Source: Fimbriimonadaceae bacterium (GTDB lineage: Bacteria > Armatimonadota > Fimbriimonadia > Fimbriimonadales > Fimbriimonadaceae). Taken from it: a stretch of DNA of 64,000 bases. The position numbers were made by a program, and so were the translations under genes. Positions 36,638-45,506 of the stretch are shown here, one piece after another. The notes below the pieces were generated by a model. The model saw nothing but the letters and a program-made list of their open reading frames with translations, did no database searches and was not told where the DNA came from. Position 1 is the stretch's first letter, and every line of letters begins with the position of its first letter. Location of the stretch: assembly GCA_050250535.1 (NCBI GenBank), contig JBFWOL010000005.1, positions 31,735 through 95,734 on the forward strand. Direction: 5' to 3'.

Positions 36638-37854
36638 TGAAGAACATCGTATCTCTCGCTCTCCTGCTCGCCGCGGTGCTCGCGGGCGCGCAGGCTCCGC
36701 CGGCCACAGGTCAACCGGAGCTCACCGCCCAACAGAAGGCGGAGTTGGATCGGATTCTTGGCGAACGGGCCAAACAGGCCGACCAATCGATTCGAGACGC
36801 TGAGAACGGAGGCATTGCCGTGCGCCTCGGCGACATCGGCCAGTTCCGTGGGGCGCGGTCGAACGTGATTACCGGGATTGGCCTAGTTGTCGGCTTGGCC
36901 GGGACGGGGGACACGAAGTCCACGCCCTGGACCGCAACTCTGATCAGCAACGCCATGCGTCGATGGGGCACGTTTGTGGACGACACCGCCGTCCGATCGA
37001 AGAACATTGCAACGGTCATGGTGACCGCCGAAGTCCCGCCGTTCCTGGCTCCGGGCTCGAAGATGGACATCACGGTCAGTAGCAACGGAGACGCCAAGAG
37101 CCTGGAAGGAGGAGTCTTGCTGCCTACGTTCCTGGCTGGCCTCTCCAAGCCTGAGGACACCGTCGCCGTAGCGTTCGGCCCTGTGAGCATTGGAGGCTTC
37201 AACGCGTCTTCTGGAGGCTCCTCCGTGCGCAAGAACCATCCGACCGTGGCCCTCGTGACCGACGGAGCGACCCTCGAGGCGAGCGTCCCGACGCAGTTTG
37301 TCTTCGACAATGGCACGATGTACTTCGACCTCGACGACCCCGACTTTACGAACGCCGAACGGGCCGCGTCTGCCATCCAGCTTGCAGTGCCCGGGGCATC
37401 GGCACGCGCCATAGACGGTGCTACTGTCGAGATCACGCTTCCCGGCGGGATGCCTGCGACCGCGCTGGCGAGCCAGGTCAGCGGCACGACCATGATGGCG
37501 AACACGCCCGGCACGGTCGTGGTGAACGAGAGGACGGGAACGATCATCGTCGGCGGCAATGTCCGGCTCGGCCCCGCGCTCATCGCCCACGGCTCCCTCA
37601 GCGTAAGAGTCACCACCGACTACCTGGTGAGCCAGCCTGCTCCCTTTTCCGACGGCCAGACCACAGTGGTGGCGATCCCGAACGTCGAGGCGAGCGAGTC
37701 ACCTGCCCAGACCCAACTGATCGCTCCAAACGCCACGCTCAGTGACCTCGCCCGAGTGCTCCAGGAGCTCAAGGTCTCGGCTCGCGACGTTATCGCCATC
37801 CTCCAGGGACTCCAGCGCCAGGGAGCGCTCAAAGCCCGGGTGGTGCTCCAGTGA
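36637..37854 (+). CDS. flgI: flagellar P-ring protein FlgI
   Basis: Signal peptide; VRLGDIGQFRGARSNVITGIGLVVGLAGTGD; TAATG overlap with flgH. Confidence 0.9.
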   Translation: MKNIVSLALLLAAVLAGAQAPPATGQPELTAQQKAELDRILGERAKQADQSIRDAENGGIAVRLGDIGQFRGARSNVITGIGLVVGLAGTGDTKSTPWTATLISNAMRRWGTFVDDTAVRSKNIATVMVTAEVPPFLAPGSKMDITVSSNGDAKSLEGGVLLPTFLAGLSKPEDTVAVAFGPVSIGGFNASSGGSSVRKNHPTVALVTDGATLEASVPTQFVFDNGTMYFDLDDPDFTNAERAASAIQLAVPGASARAIDGATVEITLPGGMPATALASQVSGTTMMANTPGTVVVNERTGTIIVGGNVRLGPALIAHGSLSVRVTTDYLVSQPAPFSDGQTTVVAIPNVEASESPAQTQLIAPNATLSDLARVLQELKVSARDVIAILQGLQRQGALKARVVLQ

Positions 37855-38207
37855 CCGGGATTGGCCTCCGACCGGACTTCGCCAGGATCGTCTCTCAGGC
37901 GCTCCAGCCAGGGCAGGAGGTCTCGGAACTGACCCGGCTCAAGTTGGTGCGCGGCCAGCGTGCTTCCGAGGACTTTGAGGCAATGTTCGTCAAGAACCTC
38001 CTTGACGTGGCCCGGCGGACAACGCTCTCGCAGGACGAAAGCGCGGTCTCCGATTTCGCCCGCGACATGTTGAACACCGGAATCGCCCAGGCCGTCAGCC
38101 GGCGCGCGCCCGGGCTTGGCGTCGCCACCCTCGTCTTCCAGAAGACCGCCCAGGCGCTGATTGCGCAGGAAGAGTCTTCCCCGACCCCACCCGAAACACG
38201 ACCATGA
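37851..38207 (+). CDS. flgJ: flagellar rod-binding protein (FlgJ N-terminal domain only)
   Basis: ASEDFEAMFVKNLLDVARR..DFARDMLNTGIAQAVS matches the Rod-binding domain; no muramidase domain. Confidence 0.6.
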   Translation: MTGIGLRPDFARIVSQALQPGQEVSELTRLKLVRGQRASEDFEAMFVKNLLDVARRTTLSQDESAVSDFARDMLNTGIAQAVSRRAPGLGVATLVFQKTAQALIAQEESSPTPPETRP

Positions 38208-38692
38208 CAACCAAGAACATGACGAACCGGATCGAGCAGCTCTGGAAGGAGTGGCTTGCCATCTCCGAGCGCCTCCAGGGCCTGCTCCACGAACAGACGG
38301 TAGCGCTCACCATGCGCGATACCGCACGACTAGAGAAGCTCCAGCCCGCGATCGATACGGTCGTAGAGAAGCTCGGCACCGTGGATGCGGAAGCTGTGGC
38401 CATGGGGAAGAAGCTGGCCGAAGAGCTGGGGTGCGAACCCAGCCTTCGAGGCTTGACCCAGGCGCTTGAGAAAGCCGATGCACAGCGACTACAGCAGATC
38501 GCAAACCGGGTCATCGTTTCCGAAAGGCAGGCGAGCCACGTAATGAAGAAGAACCGCAGTCTGATCGAGAACGAGCTCGAGCACATCGGCGGAACCTTGG
38601 CTCTCATCGCTCGCGAGGCCTCGATCCCGACCAACCCGTACCTGCATCCATCCCCGGCGACCCACGCCGTCGTGATGAATGCGGTCGCGTGA
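38204..38692 (+). CDS. flgN: FlgN-family flagellar export chaperone
   Basis: Helical ~160-aa protein immediately upstream of flgK-flgL; FlgN-like N-terminal pattern. Confidence 0.55.
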   Translation: MTTKNMTNRIEQLWKEWLAISERLQGLLHEQTVALTMRDTARLEKLQPAIDTVVEKLGTVDAEAVAMGKKLAEELGCEPSLRGLTQALEKADAQRLQQIANRVIVSERQASHVMKKNRSLIENELEHIGGTLALIAREASIPTNPYLHPSPATHAVVMNAVA

Positions 38693-38734
38693 ACCGAGAA
38701 TACAGATATGCCCGGTTATCTCGACGGGGTGAGC

Positions 38735-40099
38735 ATGATGGCGCAGGCTCTGCGCGCGTTCCAACGCGGCATTGACACGGCCGGCCACAACCTGGCAAAC
38801 GTGAACACGCCAGGCTACTCTCGCCAGCGCGTGAACCTCTCGACGACTGAGGCAATGAGGTTCTACGAGGGGGACTGGCGGTTCCAGGGCCAAGGCGTGA
38901 ACCTAACTTCGATATCCCGGGCTCGCGACTTGGTTCTCGAGAGCCGTTGGCGTGGGCAGTTGGGCCAGTTCGTACGTGCCGAAACGTCGGCGAACGGCCT
39001 GGCTCGAATCGCCGGGGTCTATGCCGAACCCGGCGAGAACGGCATCTCCCATGCGTTCACCCGGTTTTTCGATGCATGGAGCGGGTTCGGAGCAAACCCG
39101 AACGACCAAGCGGCGAGACTCGAGGTCCGTCAGCAAGGGGCTAACTTAGCCAGCAGGATCCGGGGCGCATGGTTCGCCCTGGAAGGTGAGGCTAACCAGG
39201 CCACCGGCGACGTGCAGGACACCATCGCCCGGATCAACACCTTGGCAGGGCAGATCTCCGAATTGAACGCCCGGGTCCAGGCGTCATCCTTGGACAAGTC
39301 CAACCCCAACGACCTGTTGGACCAGCGTGACGCGGCGGTGCGCGAGCTTTCACAGCTAGTGAACGTGAGCGTCAGCCAGAACCCAGGTGGGGCGTATGTC
39401 GTCCATGCGTCCGGGTTCTTGCTGGTCACCGACTTCGGCGCACGGAGTTTCCCGTCCACCTTTGATGCGTCCACTGGGACGGTCAGCGATAACGGTGTGT
39501 CCTACACTGTCCGCGAGGGTGCCCTCGCCGGACACATGCAGACCCTGCGGACGGCCCGCACCCAGCAGTCCCAGCTCGACGTCCTCGCAAACGAACTGCG
39601 CGACGCGGTAAACACCATCCACCGCACAGGGACCAACTTCAAAGAGGTTACGGACATCGACTTCTTCAATCCGCGAAGCACGGATCCGCTCGTGCCGACA
39701 GGCGCATTCGACCTCGCACTTTCCGACCTCTTGCAGGAGAGTGCGGACTATGCGGTCGCAGGCGTCAGCGGCAAGCCGGGCGACGGTGCGCTCGCACACG
39801 AGATCGCCGGACTGCGGCAGGTCGCGCTGCTCGCGCTCAACGGAAGGACGTTGAGCGGGTTCTATGGCGAGCTATCCCATGGCGTTGCTGCTGACGCGGC
39901 CGCCTACCAGCAGTCGGCGGACATTGCCTCCGCGGTGCTCGACCAGACCGTCCAGCAGTCGGAGGCGGCGAGCGGCGTGAACCTGGACGACGAAATGGCG
40001 CAATTGATCCAGTACCAGCGGAGCTTCCAGGCCGCGGCCAAGGTGCTGTCGATCATGGACGAGGTCGCCCAAGACTTGATCGGGATGCTGAGGAGATAG
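38735..40099 (+). CDS. flgK: flagellar hook-associated protein 1 FlgK
   Basis: MMAQALRAFQRGIDTAGHNLANVNTPGYSRQR; C-terminal LDDEMAQLIQYQRSFQAAAKVL; GGGGTGAG SD before ATG 38735. Confidence 0.85.
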   Translation: MMAQALRAFQRGIDTAGHNLANVNTPGYSRQRVNLSTTEAMRFYEGDWRFQGQGVNLTSISRARDLVLESRWRGQLGQFVRAETSANGLARIAGVYAEPGENGISHAFTRFFDAWSGFGANPNDQAARLEVRQQGANLASRIRGAWFALEGEANQATGDVQDTIARINTLAGQISELNARVQASSLDKSNPNDLLDQRDAAVRELSQLVNVSVSQNPGGAYVVHASGFLLVTDFGARSFPSTFDASTGTVSDNGVSYTVREGALAGHMQTLRTARTQQSQLDVLANELRDAVNTIHRTGTNFKEVTDIDFFNPRSTDPLVPTGAFDLALSDLLQESADYAVAGVSGKPGDGALAHEIAGLRQVALLALNGRTLSGFYGELSHGVAADAAAYQQSADIASAVLDQTVQQSEAASGVNLDDEMAQLIQYQRSFQAAAKVLSIMDEVAQDLIGMLRR

Positions 40100-40101
40100 C
40101 G

Positions 40102-40983
40102 ATGAGGGTATCAACGAGCTACGAGTTCCTGAGCTATCGGCGCGACATCGAGGCGGCGCAGGGCCGCATGTTCGAGGCCCAAAGGCAGGTCAGCACCGGG
40201 AAGCGCTTCACACAGGCCGAAGAAGACCCTTACGCCTCGCAAGTGGTCGTGCAAGGCACCTCGCTCAAGCGGTGGATCGCCCAGACGGACCGGAACATCC
40301 GAACAGCGCAAGACTACTTGGGAACGACCGAGGTCGCGCTCGGCGAGTCGCTCGACGGCCTTCGGCGCGCCTATATGATCGCGGTCCGAGGAGCGAACGC
40401 CTCGGCCACCGCCAACGAGCGTGCAGCCTTGGCGCAGGAGATCGGCACGATCCAAGAGCGACTGGTCGACCTAGCGAACAGCAGGGCTGCAGGAGGGCAA
40501 TTCGTCTTTGCCGGACAGGAAAGCCAAAAAAAGCCTTTCCAGGCCCTGGACGGTCTCGTCTTTAGCGGCGACACCCTCGGGGTTTTCATCGAGACCGATC
40601 CGGCGAACCTGCAGAAGGTCAACCTCACGGACGCCTCGTCGTTCTTCCTCGAGGCGTACCAGCGTCTTACCGACCTCAAGAACCACCTTGGCAGCAACGA
40701 CCCGGGAACGATCGGAAGCCACGACATCGGCGAGATCGATGCCGCGATCCAAGACGCCCTGTCTCTTCAGGCAGAGACGGGCTATCGCCTGGAAAACCTG
40801 CAACAGCTCAGAGACCGGCACGCGGTTCGAAGCGACGACCTCACGGCCATGGTCTCAGATGCCGAAGATGTAGACGTTGCCGAGGCGGTAACGAAGCTGC
40901 GGCTCGCCGAGACCACGTACCAGGCGGCTCTCCAGTCAGTCGCCGCCGCGACCCGCATGCGCCTGATGGACTTCTTACGATGA
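40102..40983 (+). CDS. flgL: flagellar hook-associated protein 3 FlgL
   Basis: Flagellin-like N and C termini (..GKRFTQAEEDP.., ..LQQLRDRH..AMVSDAEDVDVAEAVTKL). Confidence 0.8.
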   Translation: MRVSTSYEFLSYRRDIEAAQGRMFEAQRQVSTGKRFTQAEEDPYASQVVVQGTSLKRWIAQTDRNIRTAQDYLGTTEVALGESLDGLRRAYMIAVRGANASATANERAALAQEIGTIQERLVDLANSRAAGGQFVFAGQESQKKPFQALDGLVFSGDTLGVFIETDPANLQKVNLTDASSFFLEAYQRLTDLKNHLGSNDPGTIGSHDIGEIDAAIQDALSLQAETGYRLENLQQLRDRHAVRSDDLTAMVSDAEDVDVAEAVTKLRLAETTYQAALQSVAAATRMRLMDFLR

Positions 40984-41438
40984 CGAAAACAACGCCGATC
41001 GCGACAGCACGGTTCGGAGAGATCGAGCCCACCGAGGATCGCGTCCTCCTGTTCGACCAGGGCCTCGTTGGGCTCCCCGGCCTTTCGCGGTTCCTGGCGA
41101 TCCCACACGGCGAGGACAGTCCGTTCGTTTGGCTCCAGAGTCTGGACGACACCGACCTTGCGTTCTTGGTCGTCGATCCGAGGGTCTTTGTCGCCGAGTA
41201 CGATCCCAAGATCCCGGTGCAAGAGGCGAACAGGATCGGACTGGACAAGCTGGACACTGCAATCGTCTATACTCTGGTCACGATCCCGCATGGTCGGCCG
41301 GACGCGATGACGCTCAACCTTGCAGGGCCCATTCTGGTCAACATAGAGACCCGCCGGGCCAGGCAAGTCGTGCTCGATACAGACGAGTGGGCGGTCAAGC
41401 ACCCGGCTTTCCGGCAGGATCAACGAGCCGCGGCCTGA
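40980..41438 (+). CDS. fliW: flagellar assembly factor FliW
   Basis: [47 protein letters not shown] is the FliW signature. Confidence 0.85.
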   Translation: MTKTTPIATARFGEIEPTEDRVLLFDQGLVGLPGLSRFLAIPHGEDSPFVWLQSLDDTDLAFLVVDPRVFVAEYDPKIPVQEANRIGLDKLDTAIVYTLVTIPHGRPDAMTLNLAGPILVNIETRRARQVVLDTDEWAVKHPAFRQDQRAAA

Positions 41439-41475
41439 CGCTAGTCCGGCTCGCGACGCCACGGAGGGCGCAAAC

Positions 41476-41682
41476 ATGCTGGTACTGACCCGGAAAGTGA
41501 ACCAGAGCATCATCATTGACGGTGATGTCGAAGTCGTAGTGCTCGAAGTTCGCGGGGAGCAGGTTCGGCTGGGGATTCGGGCGCCTCAAGACGTAGTGGT
41601 CCACCGAAAGGAAGTTTACGAGCAGATCCAGGCTGAGAACGAGTCGGCCTCCAAGACCGATCCGCGCGACGTACCAGGCTAG
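41476..41682 (+). CDS. csrA: carbon storage regulator CsrA
   Basis: [49 protein letters not shown]. Confidence 0.9.
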   Translation: MLVLTRKVNQSIIIDGDVEVVVLEVRGEQVRLGIRAPQDVVVHRKEVYEQIQAENESASKTDPRDVPG

Positions 41683-41685
41683 CGA

Positions 41686-42099
41686 ATGTCAGCCAAGCCG
41701 CTCTGGCTCGGCGCATCGATCCGGCGGGCCGCTCTCCTTTTCGCAGTCCATTGCGTCGTAGGGATCATCTTCGTCCGGCTCTGGGAGGCGCCCACTGTGT
41801 ACGCGGTCGGGCTGGTCGCTTATCCTCCGTCCACCGCCTTCCTCTTCTTGCTTGCCTCTGAGGCGGCGCTGAGGCTGTTCTCGGCGTGGCAGGAGCCGGT
41901 GCCTTGGGTGCTGCTGGCTCTTTTGTTCACGGCCGTCGCCCACGCGACAGTTCGAGTCTCCCCTGCAGCAGGAGTCCCGGTGTTGGGGTACGAAGGGGCC
42001 GCAAGGCTCGACCTAGCCTGGCTGTCGCCATGGGTTTGCCTGACGTCCTGGGTAGCATCCAGCGCAGCCGGGCTCGTTGTTCGGCTTAGACCGTTGTGA
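41686..42099 (+). CDS. hypothetical membrane protein
   Basis: Four hydrophobic helices; no recognised domain. Confidence 0.4.
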   Translation: MSAKPLWLGASIRRAALLFAVHCVVGIIFVRLWEAPTVYAVGLVAYPPSTAFLFLLASEAALRLFSAWQEPVPWVLLALLFTAVAHATVRVSPAAGVPVLGYEGAARLDLAWLSPWVCLTSWVASSAAGLVVRLRPL

Positions 42100-43043
42100 A
42101 GGCCTGCTACGGAACCGATGCCCTTGTCCCCGCTTGGGGCGGCTGTACGGTCTGTATCGGCGTGTTCGATGGGGTGCACGTTGGGCACCGCCAGGTGGTT
42201 CGGGCCGCGGTAGCCGATGCGCGGCAGCACGATCGGCCCGCAATCGTCCTTACGTTCGACCGGCATCCTGCGCGGATCCTTCGCCCGGCCCTGGCACCAC
42301 CGATGATCTCGACACTTGGCCAGAACTTGAGGGCCCTCTCGGAGTGCGGGGCAGACCTCACCCTGGTGCTCCCGTTTGACCGAGCGCTCGCGGACACTAC
42401 GGCAGAGGAGTTCACACGGACGATCGTTGCGGGATTGCTCAAGGCGGAGCAAGTCGTGGTCGGACACGACTTCGCACTGGGTAAGGGTCGGGAGGGCACG
42501 CCCGCGTGGCTTGCCGAACGAGTTTCGACCACGGTGGTAGAGCCGTTCGGACCCGAGGGCCATCGAGTGAGCAGCAGCGAGATTCGTGCCGCGATCGCAG
42601 CCGGAAACGTCTCGGATGCCGCGAGGTGGCTCGGGCGGAACTTTGCCCTGGTCGGTTGCGTCGTGGGAGGCGAGCAGGTGGGCCGAACCCTGGGATACCC
42701 GACAGCGAACCTCGCTCCCATCGCTCGCCAGGTCGTGCCCGCGGACGCGGTGTATGTAGGCGAGTGTTGGGCTCCGGGCGGCGTGTACCGGGCCGCGATT
42801 TCGGTCGGTACCAGGCCGACGATGGGGGGAGCTACACGGGCGATTGAGGCGTTCCTGGTGGACTACTCTGGAGGATCATTGTATGGTCAATGCTTGGAAC
42901 TTACATTTTTCGCCAAAATACGTGACCAGGTGCGGTACGAGCGTCGGGAGGAACTGCAGGCACAAATCGCAGCCGACGTCGAGACGGTGATAAACTACAA
43001 GGAGAATCCATTCGTTGAGCCATCCGAGGCGGGGCAGGTATGA
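42096..43043 (+). CDS. ribF: bifunctional riboflavin kinase / FMN adenylyltransferase
   Basis: IGVFDGVHVGHRQV nucleotidyltransferase motif; C-terminal riboflavin kinase GYPTANL, E..L.DY.G.LYG. Confidence 0.85.
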   Translation: MKACYGTDALVPAWGGCTVCIGVFDGVHVGHRQVVRAAVADARQHDRPAIVLTFDRHPARILRPALAPPMISTLGQNLRALSECGADLTLVLPFDRALADTTAEEFTRTIVAGLLKAEQVVVGHDFALGKGREGTPAWLAERVSTTVVEPFGPEGHRVSSSEIRAAIAAGNVSDAARWLGRNFALVGCVVGGEQVGRTLGYPTANLAPIARQVVPADAVYVGECWAPGGVYRAAISVGTRPTMGGATRAIEAFLVDYSGGSLYGQCLELTFFAKIRDQVRYERREELQAQIAADVETVINYKENPFVEPSEAGQV

Positions 43044-43507
43044 AGAAGTGGGGATTGGTAGCCGTTGCGCTGGCCGTTGTCGGGATCCTCGTTGCGCCAC
43101 TCGTGTTCTTGCCCAGTGACCGCGACCTCGTGATCGAAGCATTGGACGAGGCGATCATTGCCGGCCGAGAAGGACGACCGGGCGGCGTGATGGAGCACCT
43201 GAGCAAGTCCATCGAGTACAACAATGTGCCGCTCGAGGATCGATCCGCAGTCGCAGAATTCATTCGTAGTGGGAAGCCGGATGTGGAGGTACTGAACAAG
43301 GAGCCCGTGGTGGAAGGTGACTCGGCGTCGATCCATTCTCCCGTTCGCGTCGAGTTCCGGTATGGCCCGCTCCAAGTCGCCCAGACCGTCGAGGACGTTC
43401 GGTTCGAGTTCAAGAAGGAGACCGGGACCCGCTGGCTCGTGGTTCCGGTCCCGAAGTGGAGGCTGGTTTCGATTCAGGCGTCCAACTTTGAACTGCCCGT
43501 CCCATGA
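43040..43507 (+). CDS. membrane-anchored hypothetical protein (NTF2-like domain; paralogue of 26187..26630)
   Basis: N-terminal TM anchor; C-terminal similarity to ORF 26187. Confidence 0.45.
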   Translation: MKKWGLVAVALAVVGILVAPLVFLPSDRDLVIEALDEAIIAGREGRPGGVMEHLSKSIEYNNVPLEDRSAVAEFIRSGKPDVEVLNKEPVVEGDSASIHSPVRVEFRYGPLQVAQTVEDVRFEFKKETGTRWLVVPVPKWRLVSIQASNFELPVP

Positions 43508-43551
43508 GAAAACTGTTTGGGACTACGAACCATGGCCCTATCGCGCGACGT

Positions 43552-43583
43552 TATAATCGCCGGGAGGCGCAATCGAGCCTCCC
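43552..43583 (+). promoter_or_regulatory. TATAAT -10 element (43552-43557) followed by a 7-bp perfect 5' hairpin GGGAGGC-gcaatcga-GCCTCCC (43562-43583) upstream of the repeat lipoprotein gene
   Basis: Read directly from the sequence; the hairpin lies between the -10 box and the GGTGAG SD/ATG at 43600. Confidence 0.3.
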
Positions 43584-43599
43584 AAGTGGTGAGATCAAA

Positions 43600-43962
43600 A
43601 TGAACAAGCTAGTCACTCTAATCCCTGTCGCCCTGATCATGGGCGCCCTCGTCGTCGGGTGCACCCCGACGGAGCCTGAGGGAACGACCACGTCCGGAGC
43701 CGGAATGGAGAATGCCGCAGAGAAGGCCGGTACCGCCATGACCGACGGCGCTGAAGCCGCTGGCGGCGCAATGAAGGAAGGCGCTGACGCCGCTGGCGAC
43801 GCCATGAAGGAAGGCGCTGACGCCGCTGGCGACGCCATGAAGGAAGGCGCTGACGCCGCTGGCGACGCCATGAAGAAAGGCGCTGACGCCGCTGGCGACG
43901 CCATGAAGGAGGGCGCTGGGAAGGCGACCGAGACTGCGGAGACTGCGACCGGCGGCCACTAG
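43600..43962 (+). CDS. lipoprotein with tandem 11-aa AMKEGADAAGD repeats
   Basis: ATG at 43600 gives lipobox LVVGC; the track ORF's upstream 32 codons overlap the previous gene and lack a signal. Confidence 0.55.
   Translation: MNKLVTLIPVALIMGALVVGCTPTEPEGTTTSGAGMENAAEKAGTAMTDGAEAAGGAMKEGADAAGDAMKEGADAAGDAMKEGADAAGDAMKKGADAAGDAMKEGAGKATETAETATGGH
43735..43920 (+). repeat. 5.6 tandem copies of a 33-bp unit gccatgaaggaaggcgctgacgccgctggcgac (in-frame, coding)
   Basis: Units at 43735, 43768, 43801, 43834, 43867 and a partial at 43900; near-identical copies. Confidence 0.8.
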
Positions 43963-43987
43963 GCCTCCAATTCAAACCAAGCCGACA

Positions 43988-44025
43988 GGCCCCGGGGGAT
44001 TCCCTGGGGCCGTTGCTCTTTTTCT
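43988..44025 (+). terminator. rho-independent terminator (GGCCCCGGGGG-attc-CCCTGGGGCC followed by a T-rich run ending TCTTTTTCT)
   Basis: GC-rich 10-bp stem plus T-run between the convergent lipoprotein and SRPBCC genes; may act bidirectionally. Confidence 0.6.
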
Positions 44026-44467
44026 ATGGGGCTTCGGCGCGTTCCTTGAGCGCTTGAAGAACTCCGGCAAGATTTTTTACGACCAGACTGTGGACGACCT
44101 TGGTCACCAGGGGCCCGATCCCGGGGATCTTGTACTCGTAGTCTACGACGCTGTCGAATCGCGTGCCGCCGTTCTCCTCTGACATCTGCCAACTCCCAGA
44201 CATCGCGTCGTAGTCGCCTTCGAGCTGTCGAAACTCGCATCGGTAGCTGGCATCGTCCCAAACGTCCTCTTGACGCCACTTCACTTTGAGTCCAAAGGTC
44301 GGGACGACTCCCTCCCAATCCGTGACCACCCTGGGGCCGTCGCGCTCGATCACGGTGACCGACCTGACATCGTCCATGAAGTCGGGAAAGTCCTCGTTTT
44401 GCTTAGCGATCTCGTAGACCCGCTCTATCGGGGCATCGATCCATGAGGTAGTTTCGACCGTAGGCAT
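44024..44467 (-). CDS. SRPBCC (START/polyketide cyclase-like) family protein
   Basis: ATG at 44467 (MPTVETTSWIDAPIERVYEI..), typical SRPBCC N-terminus; the track ORF's upstream 54 codons are unlikely to be coding. Confidence 0.6.
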   Translation of the reverse strand: MPTVETTSWIDAPIERVYEIAKQNEDFPDFMDDVRSVTVIERDGPRVVTDWEGVVPTFGLKVKWRQEDVWDDASYRCEFRQLEGDYDAMSGSWQMSEENGGTRFDSVVDYEYKIPGIGPLVTKVVHSLVVKNLAGVLQALKERAEAP

Positions 44468-44522
44468 GGCGGGACACCTGAGTCTACCAGTGGGCGACAA
44501 AGGCAAGGTCTTGCCCGCGACC

Positions 44523-45506
44523 ATGTCTGCGCTCGTTCTCATCGAACCTGGCAGGGCGGAGATCCGCGACGTCGAGGTGGAGACGCCCGGGCCTGGCGAG
44601 CTCCTCATCGAAGTTCTTGCTGCGAACACGTGCGGAACCGACTTGAAAGCCTTCCGGCGGGGACACCCTCAGTTTCCGACCCCCTGTCGGTTTGGCCATG
44701 AGTACAGCGGCAAGGTAGCGGCGGCCGGCGCCGGGGCAAAGTTCGAGGTCGGTGACGAAGTGATGGGCGTCCATTCCGCGCCCTGCGGTGAGTGCAGACT
44801 GTGCACGCGAGGAAAGGAGAACCTCTGCGAGACCGTGATGTCGACCAAGGTGATGGGGAGTTACGCGCGGTACCTGCTCGTGCCGGACCGCATCGCTTCT
44901 CGACACGTCTTCGGCAAGCCTGCTCACCTGAGCCATGCCGCCGCAGCGTGTCTCGAGCCGCTTGCGTGCGTCGCACACGGGCTCGATGCCGCTCAGCCAC
45001 GGGCAGACGACAGGGTGCTCGTGATCGGTCCTGGAGCGGTCGGCCTGCTCTTCGTCGCCGCGTTGAGGGTGTCGGGTGTCCGAAACGTCACGTTGGCAGG
45101 AAGGAATCCCGCCCGGCTCGCCGTTGGCACCCAGCAGGGAGCGAGTGCGGTGCAATGGCCGCCCAACGGGGAGTTTGACGTGGTCGTGGAGTGCACCGGG
45201 AGTGTAGAGGTGTGGGAGGTGGCCCACTCGCTCGTCGCGCCGGGCGGAACGCTCGTGCTCTTTGGTGGATGTCCGGCAGGCAGCTTGGTCCAGTTCGACA
45301 CCGGGCGGCTCCACTATGCCGAGACAAGGGTCCTCAGCCCGTTCCACTTCACGACCCGCGACGTCGTCCAAGCGCGGGACTGGCTCGTGGAAGGAGGAAT
45401 TGACCCGAGCCCGATCCTCGCGGGAGAGAGGCCCCTGTCCGACGCGGTGGAGGTCTTCTCTGACCTCGCCTCGGGAAAGGGCATTAAATACACTTTAGTG
45501 CCATGA
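44523..45506 (+). CDS. zinc-dependent medium-chain alcohol dehydrogenase (threonine/sorbitol dehydrogenase-like)
   Basis: MSALVLIEP start; catalytic Zn ligands (CGTD..GHE), structural Zn motif CGECRLC, Rossmann VIGPGAVG. Confidence 0.75.
   Translation: MSALVLIEPGRAEIRDVEVETPGPGELLIEVLAANTCGTDLKAFRRGHPQFPTPCRFGHEYSGKVAAAGAGAKFEVGDEVMGVHSAPCGECRLCTRGKENLCETVMSTKVMGSYARYLLVPDRIASRHVFGKPAHLSHAAAACLEPLACVAHGLDAAQPRADDRVLVIGPGAVGLLFVAALRVSGVRNVTLAGRNPARLAVGTQQGASAVQWPPNGEFDVVVECTGSVEVWEVAHSLVAPGGTLVLFGGCPAGSLVQFDTGRLHYAETRVLSPFHFTTRDVVQARDWLVEGGIDPSPILAGERPLSDAVEVFSDLASGKGIKYTLVP

Noticed and set aside
43735-43920. Possible CRISPR array (regular 33-bp repeats)
   Set aside because: Repeats are contiguous with no spacers and are in-frame within a lipoprotein ORF (AMKEGADAAGD repeats).
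44465-44468. Divergent genes sharing overlapping start codons (minus ATG 44467, plus ATG 44466)
   Set aside because: The plus-strand MDR dehydrogenase more plausibly starts at ATG 44523 (MSALVLIEP), leaving a 55-nt divergent intergenic region.
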